Source: Daphnia carinata (Eukaryota). Taken from it: a stretch of DNA of 64,000 nucleotides. Shown piece after piece: positions 58,900 to 64,000 of the stretch. Each line of letters starts with the position of its first letter. Within the stretch, counting starts at the first letter, position 1. The notes below the pieces were generated by a model. That model saw only the letters and a list, made by a program, of their open reading frames with translations, was not told where the DNA came from and made no database searches. A program made the position numbers and the translations under genes. The stretch covers positions 5,766,001 to 5,830,000 of the forward strand of contig NC_081332.1 of assembly GCF_022539665.2 (NCBI RefSeq), written 5' to 3'.

Positions 58900-60700
58900 A
58901 TGTGAAAATTTGAATAATAAGGGAATACAAGTGGTTTTTCATGTGCAACCACTTTGAATTCGAATAACTCAAAAACTACAAGTCTCACGTAGAAACGACT
59001 ACGAATCGAAATCGTGTATTTTTAAGCAAATCGAAATTTTGGCCAAAAATGAATTATGCGCATTCAGAGTTGTTAAAGCGCAACTCCTTTTAGATTGAAG
59101 ATTACGCAAAACCAATAAGCGCTACGTTACAACCAAGTTCATTTTCGTGTTCATTGTGAAGTTTTTAATCTAAACCATATATAGTTATCGAGATTTAATG
59201 ATATTAAATTTTAATAGGAAAAGTCGGGCTTATTTTGTCGGGCTTAAAATTTCTATCGCACCTACTTTTATATTTTAGATTACACAAAAACCATAAACTT
59301 TACGAAAAAAAAAGTTTATTTTCGTGATTTTTGTTAAATTTTGAATCTAACCATGTATAATTATTCCTTTTTACTGATTATTAAAAAAAAAATAACTTTG
59401 ATGTTTCACGCTAGCGCTGTAGCGTACTGGCGCGCTAGTAAGTTCTTCGATTGGGTGTGTGTGCGAAACGGTGAATTTAATGAAAAAAATAATAATTTTC
59501 TAGGAATTAGCATTCAATTTTGAATATATTCTGTGATTTTCAACCAATTCCAATGACTGTCAGTTTTTGCAGGTTTTTGAGGCAAAATTCCCACGGTCAT
59601 TTTCTTCGCTTTTCTTCATTTTCTTAAACCCAATGTCAAAATAAACCCGATTTTCGTGATCAGCGATCAATTTCGAATCGGAATAATGTATTTTAAACTA
59701 AATCTAGAATTTGACGAAAATTGAAAAAGTGGGAAGGCTATAGCCTTCTCACTTTTGTCAAAATCAGCCAAAAACGGACATCTCGTAGAATCCAATGAAA
59801 ATCCGGCTGTACATACAAAATTGGATGCTGATTCCGACGAGAGCATTCGTTTTCTTGTCAAACAAACCGTTTTAGAAATAAACGCGAGAAAAGTACATGC
59901 ATCGCATCAACGTTGCTTACTCAATATTTCTCTTTTTATTCGAAAACTGTAAGTCCGACGTAAAAACAAAGTCAATTTTTGTAATCCTCGTTTAATTCTG
60001 AGTCTAAATCGTGCATAGTTTTCTATATTTTTCATTTTGGCAAAAATCGAACAGGTTCCAAATTTAGGCCCGACAATTTAAGCCCGGCAATTTAAGCCCG
60101 ACTTTTTCCACAAGAAAGAATTTAATCGCCAAAAATCACGCAGAATAGAAAACCACATTCCGTGCATGAATTGAACGCGAAATATTCATGAGAAATTACA
60201 TGTTCGCGTTAAATTATACAGTTTTATGGACGAAATCAAGGATCCTATTATAACCACTTTGAATTTGAATACCTCAAAAACTATAAGAGCCACGCAAAAA
60301 TGAATTCGATTTTCGTGATCCTCATTCAATTTCGAAACGAAATCGTTTATTTTTAAGCAAATCTAAATTTTGGCCAAAAATGAAAAAGTGAGAAGGCTAT
60401 AGCCTTCTCACTTTTGTCAAAATCGGCCAAAAACGGACATCTCACGGAATCGAACAAAAATCACATCGTATATTCAAAATTGGACGCTGATTTCGACGAG
60501 AGCATCCATTTTCTTGTCAAATCAGCGGTTTTGAAAATAAACGCTAGAAAAGTACAGTACCTGTTGCGCCTCAAATTTGCTTCCCCGTTGTTTTCCCAAT
60601 TCTCTCTTCTCGAAACTTTAATCCCAACGTAAAAACAAACTTGACCGCCATCATCCTCGTCGAATTCCACGTTGAAATCACGCATTTTTCTAACAACATC
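58900..60700. mobile_element. Helitron-family non-autonomous element cluster built of modular sub-repeats
   Basis: Hairpin+CTAG end at 59408-59438. Direct duplications ~58948-59055/60252-60385 and ~59648-59895/60308-60557. Region 59645-59738 is a diverged reverse complement of 14622-14715. The block lacks the microsatellites of its flanks. Confidence 0.7.
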
Positions 60701-63700
60701 TACAGTATGTCAGTCTTATTTCTTTTTTGTTTTTGTTTTCAAGCCCACTCTGTTTGTTCCTATCAATTGATTTCAAGTCCAATTCTTGCTAGTCTATTCC
60801 AAGGAGAAAAGGAACGATAATTGCTACATGTTGTAGTACACGTGTATCTACACGGATTTTCTTCCTCCTCTTCTCCTTTGTGTTATTTCCAAACATTTCA
60901 AAAGGGCTAAAAAGCTGCTGCTAAAAACTGGACGAGTTCTTTTTCTTTTTTTTTCTCTCTCTCTTTTAACTTGACCCCTTCTGGTCTATAATTACAGCGC
61001 AGCTATAAGAAGAACGCCGCCGCAAAAACAACACCAAACAAAACACACACACACACAGAAAAAGGAACGTTTGAAAAGAAATAGAAAATGAAAAGTGTTA
61101 TTGTACATATATATGTATATATATGTCTGTTTGGCTTCTCACCGGGCTCTTTCGCTCGTTTTCAATGAGAGGGCGCGTCCGTGTCATTAAAATATATACG
61201 TGCAGAGCCGACAGACTGACACAAAACAACTCGCATTTAACGCGGCAACTCCTTCTCCTCTTTACCTTTTTTTTTTCTTCCTCTTCTTCTTCTTTCTTCA
61301 CGGCGCATTTAAAAATAATCAAATCAAATAGATTTGAAAGGGAAAAAAAAAAAAAAAAAAAAGACTCTGGTTTTTTTGTTTTCGGTATAATGTTTTAGCG
61401 GCGAGACACAGAGGAACGCGTGCCCATATCCGTGCGGTTAACCAAACAACTCCTCCAACACCACCTACTTTTTTTTTTTTTCTTGTGCGGTTCAATGATG
61501 GCGCACTCTTTGCGTTTAGAGTTAATGCCGTATCGTTTCTTGTTTGATTTTCTTTTAGTATTTATATATATGATCCTCCTCCCCCACTTTTTTTTTTTCG
61601 AGTCTTTCATTTTCGTTCTGGTGCCGGGTACCCACAAGTTTTACATTTGCCACAGTTCAAGGAGGAAATTCAAATGCCGATGATGGGAAACGAAAATCTA
61701 AACTCAAATCATTTTCTACTTAAGGGACCGGAAGAAGGCGATTGACAATCTCGTTATGCAAAACGTGGCCTTACCTCAAAAGTGACGTTTTTTCCCATGC
61801 AGATAATAGGCAGAAACGAAGAGAAAAACAAAAGACTTTGACCTATAGAATAAACAATTGTTTTTTTTTTTTGTTTTTTGTGGTGTAACCTCAACATCGG
61901 AGGCACCCCAAAACACAACCAACTGGTAAGTTGTACACGTAACCCCGGATTCCCTTTTCGTTGATTACGGCCAACCTTACACACACACACACACAAGCCC
62001 CAACAAAAAGAAAACCTTTTTTTTTTTCCTGTGGTTAGTAAAGTGGACACGACAGCCGTACACACAACACACTGATGGGCGCGTTTCATTTCATTTTATT
62101 TTTTTTTTTTCTTTACGTTTTGCATCAGGTAGCGCATTTACTGGTTGCGTTCCAGCTGTCCTTTACCTGTCTCGACCGATCAACGTGGAAATGCATCCCA
62201 CAGGAGCTCCTCTGTTATAGTCGCCAACAGGTATAGGAATGTTTATGTAGTTAACTGTTTTGTTTGTTTCTTTTTTACCTTCCTTCGCTTAGATGATTAT
62301 AACGTAGACGTTCATCATCTGCGAGACGAGTTTTTCCGTGTGATTGTCGAATGATGGTGGGGCTTCAAAACGGGCCTGTTTCTTGAAACTGGCTGATCAC
62401 CTATTCTTATAGACAGGAGAGGGGGAAGGGGAGAATAATAACAACTCAATCGTTGGATGCCTCGTTTAATGTCACTTTCAATATACAGCAGCTGCTATTC
62501 GTGATGAGAAAGCCAAGAGAGAAAGGTGGGGGGGGGGGACCAGAAAACGATCGCTCATCATTGAAATAGAACATGCTGACCATATGCACCATTCGAAATT
62601 TTACCTTACAAAACAAAAAAAAAATGCATATATTCAGGTCATCCGGGAAATCAATTTGTCTGTTCCTATTTGAATATTATTTTCGTTACGTTAACGAGAC
62701 TTTTGGGTACGGAGAAATGCTGATGGTCGCTGCGCCTCACCGTACCTTCCCAAAAAAACAAAAACAAACAGGCATTAAAGCTGGGTAATCATCATCTTCT
62801 TCAATGAAGAGAGGGGAATTAAATCTAATTTTATTTCAAACCATACAATCGAATGGGGATTTTGGAAAAAAACAGCGGTCAGCAATAATAAGGTATTGAG
62901 CGCTCTTAGCAAACGATCTCGACGAGAGCCAGCATCGACACCCACTTATTACAATGGATGGCCTCTTTAAAAAAAAAAAAAAAAAAGGTTTCCATGTCGG
63001 TTGTAATTACGGCGTCCCACTATATGCGTTAAACTAATGTATATACGTTAGCAGCGCGCTGCATGTCTACAGTCTACATCCAAACAAACGCAAACAAAAC
63101 TTGAAGAAAAACAAGAAAACGGGTTTGACTTTGCCCTGTTGTTTTCCTCCTCGGCTTGTTGTTGCCGAAGATAACAGACGATTTGATAATTACCCCCAGC
63201 ACCACCATCTTTTTTATTTTAAATATAATAGTCGTGTGCAAGAAGGAGAGAGAGAGAGAGAGAGAGGGGGGGGTCTAAAAGGGCTGCCTTTTTTTGTTTT
63301 GTTTCTTTTATATCGGTCCATCTATCTAAAGTCAAATTGTATACGTACAAGATACAGAACATAAGGCCCACTCTTTTGTTACATTACACGCGTACAATTA
63401 AAGCGAGTGCCACACCCCTGTAACCGCGGTCAGTCCCCACAAAAAAGTGAGGGATGGAATAACACAAAAGGGGGGATCTTCATTACCATAATGGCTCCTA
63501 TATGTTTGATTTTTTTTTTTAGTGTTTTTTCTTGTTGTCTATTGTTTTCTGTATACTCTCTTCCACCTTAAATAGTTACATACAACTAAACAAAAGAGAA
63601 TTTTGAAAGGACGCAAACAATTCGGTACGGAGTTAACTTCGAACAAAACGAGCCTTTCTTTCTAGTGTTAGTGCGCGTGTAACTGGTGTAACGTACAACT

Positions 63701-64000
63701 TGGAAGATATTTTTTAGTACCAACAAAAAAGCTAACCATTTTAAATCTAAAGGGTTAAAACGAGTGTTTTCCCAAGTCGTTAAAAACTGATACGTTTGCC
63801 TCTTGTTTTCGAAAAAGAAGACACCCCCCCCGCTGATGGCTGTGCTTATCGATTTTTATTGACATTTTTTTCATGGCAGACGAGAAAACCTTTAGCCTCT
63901 CAAAATTAGTTTTGACATTCTGCCTGTTTCGTGTAGATTTCTCGGCGTGTTTTTTTTTTTTATTTCTCATATTAAAGGGGCCCCCCGGTTGATCGACTTC

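Noticed and set aside
59755..60632. Duplicated ORFs MSKSAKNGHL... as a protein family
   Set aside because: They lie in duplicated non-coding modules of the Helitron-like repeat, have non-ATG starts and show no Rep or helicase motifs.

Overview
Eukaryotic animal genomic DNA. The ~60-80 bp GT-AG introns, compact genes and gene content suggest a branchiopod crustacean such as Daphnia (inference). The window has three zones. (1) 1-8.1 kb is gene-dense: the 3' end of a YTHDC2/Bgcn-like helicase, a small NEMO/optineurin-like coiled-coil gene, a clarin-like gene and CHMP7. (2) ~8.7-21.2 kb is a decayed mosaic. It holds a ~5.6 kb palindrome (arms ~9016-11485 and ~12155-14624) with three tRNA-like units in its spacer, Helitron-type flanks with a canonical hairpin+CTAG 3' end, two USP4/15-like pseudogenes, and a hairpin-rich module that recurs four times (two full, two partial) at the 3' ends of these cargo genes. 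(3) ~21.5-64 kb is a microsatellite- and homopolymer-rich gene desert containing two tandem Emx/empty-spiracles homeobox genes and a second Helitron-family element at ~58.9-60.7 kb. All family calls come from recalled motifs and by-eye alignment, not database searches.
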